Source: Balanoglossus misakiensis (lineage: Eukaryota; Animalia; Hemichordata). Taken from it: a stretch of DNA of 64,000 nt. The notes below the pieces were generated by a model, which was not told the DNA's origin, did not search any database, and saw nothing but the letters and a program-made list of their open reading frames with translations. Below, one piece after another: positions 62,301-64,000 of the stretch (position 1 is its first letter; the number at the start of each line of letters is the position of its first letter). Made by a program: the position numbers and the translations under genes. Location: assembly GCA_040954595.2 (NCBI GenBank), contig CM082577.2, forward strand, positions 15,693,903 to 15,757,902, written 5' to 3'.

Positions 62301-64000
62301 GTACACTTCTCAAACTTGATACAGTGGTCAAGGTCAATGAGTAGATGTGCAGTGACTTGTGAATAAGTAATTAGTCACGTGACCTGGCGGCCATATTGGA
62401 TTTTCTGAAAAAATTCAAATCTCAGATCTCAGAAACTACAAGTCAGATCGACTTCAAATTTGGCATGCAGGTAGACTACCTTCTACCCATCATTTTTGTA
62501 ATTGGAAATTTTGCTGTCAATGTTGCAGTTTTTTTGCTACAATTTTTTTTCTGAAATCTGGCTTAAATTTCAAAAATCTTCTTCTCCAGAACCAGTGATA
62601 ACCGAGACACGGGGTTTGGGGTATGTGGTCACCTAACTGATGTCTATCAAGTTTGCGAAGATCATTGTGATTGGTCGAAGATTATGGCGGCCATATTGGA
62701 TTTTAGAAAAACCATTGTTAAACTCCAAAAATCTTCCTCTCCAGAACGGGCGATGACTGAGTCGCAAGATTCGGGGAGTATGGTCACTACACTGATGTCT
62801 ATCAAGTTTGCAAAGAGCATTGTGATTGGTCGAAGATTATGGCGGCCATATTGGATTTTGTAAAAAGCAGTGAAAAATTGAAATTCCTTTTTCTAGTCTA
62901 AAAATTGATAGCATACAAATTCTTTTTATGGATATCAATCGTCATGTGACTAAAATATGTTACAATTTTTTGGCGATTTTTCACATGACCTTTGACCTAC
63001 TTATCACGCGTTATTATTTCTGCATATCTAATTCCAGGCTAACCTATAGGGCTAGACGTTTGGTTTTTGATGAATGTGGATTAGTGTGTGATCAAAATAT
63101 TTTGCTACTTTTCATGACCCCTTTGACCTCTGCTGACCTCATTAATTATGTGCATAGCTAATTACAGGCGAACCAATAGAGCTAGAGGTTTGGTTTTTGT
63201 TGGACACAGACCAGTATGGGATCAAAATGTTTTGCCCAAATGTTGCGTGACCTCTGGTGACCTTTGACCTACTTTCGCATATCTCAGCATCCAGAGCAGA
63301 TACAGCCATGGCATTTGGTAGGATGGGACCAAAATGTAAAGCCACATTTTTGGGTCACCTGTGACACCTGCTGACCTCATTAAATATGCACATACCTAAT
63401 TACAGGCGAACCAATAGAGCTAGAGTTTTGGTTTTTGTTGGACATGGACCAGTATGGGTCAAAAAAAAATTGCCCAAATGTTGGGTGACCTCAGGTGACC
63501 TTTGACCTACTTCACCCTATTTAAGCAGCAAAAATACACACGTCCTTGATATGTCATGAGATAATACATCCGATAGAAAATTCTGTTTCTTCTCATTCAT
63601 ACTGTGCATATATAATTCGAGATCAGCGCTTGGGCCCGACAATGCTGCTCGCAGCTTTAATTACGGGCCCAAGCCAAGCCAGGCTTGGGCCCGTATTGGT
63701 TTCGTTGGGGTTTTTCTTTCTTTATTCTTGGCTCACTTCTTTGTCGCTCTAGATCTCAGACACCACTGCAGGTACAGTTCTCAAACTTGCTACAGTGGTC
63801 AAGGTCAATGAGTAGTAGTGCATTGAACCCATGAATTTTTAATTAGTCACATGACCTGGCGGCCATCTTGGATTTTCTGAAAAAATGCAAATCTCAGATC
63901 TCAGAAACTACAAGTCAGATCGACTTCAAATTTGGCGTGCAGGTAGACTACCTTCTGGCAATCATTTTTGTAATTGGAAATTATGCTGTCAATGTTGCAG

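Larger units (their letters stand above)
43635..64000 (+). mobile_element. Cluster of >=13 non-autonomous Helentron (Helitron2/HINE-type) elements, at least two subfamilies
   Basis: Each has a 5' hairpin TAGGGCCCAAGC..GCTTGGGCCCTA, a (TTC/TTTC)n tract, internal subrepeats, a 3' subterminal GCTTGGGCCC and a GCTGCTTGCAGC stem-loop; 3' ends near 45238, 46903, 48180, 49626, 51062, 52605, 54935, 57248, 58651, 60692, 62239, 63661; T-rich junctions, no TSD. Confidence 0.85.

Noticed and set aside
43526-63752. Many short ORFs in the Helentron cluster
   Set aside because: Recurrent translations of non-coding repeats; no Rep/helicase motifs

Overview
Eukaryotic, most likely invertebrate, repeat-dense DNA with no recognisable host gene; nearly all of it resolves into transposable elements. 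(1) 1-5971: an intact Ty3/Gypsy retrotransposon (gag, -1 frameshifted pol, 3' LTR). (2) 5988-11300: a palindromic 66-bp satellite with a 2577-bp higher-order duplication. (3) 13124-40306: a five-level nest: IS3EU-like long-TIR element > TTAA-flanked Harbinger-like element > gag/protease-only LTR element in an intron of its Myb-like gene > long-TIR Academ-like DDE transposon > intact Ngaro tyrosine-recombinase retrotransposon. The outer four levels have visible target duplications. Two Crypton-like inserts and MITEs sit inside. (4) 41361-43637: a hAT-like transposase cut by (5) a >20-kb cluster of non-autonomous Helentrons that appear to insert into one another. The most striking signal: the Academ-like transposon carries a small intronless HIRAN-domain gene ending in a canonical replication-dependent histone mRNA stem-loop plus a U7-type downstream element, suggesting a transposon that borrows histone 3'-end processing for S-phase expression. 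Family names rest on motif recognition by eye; no database searches were run.
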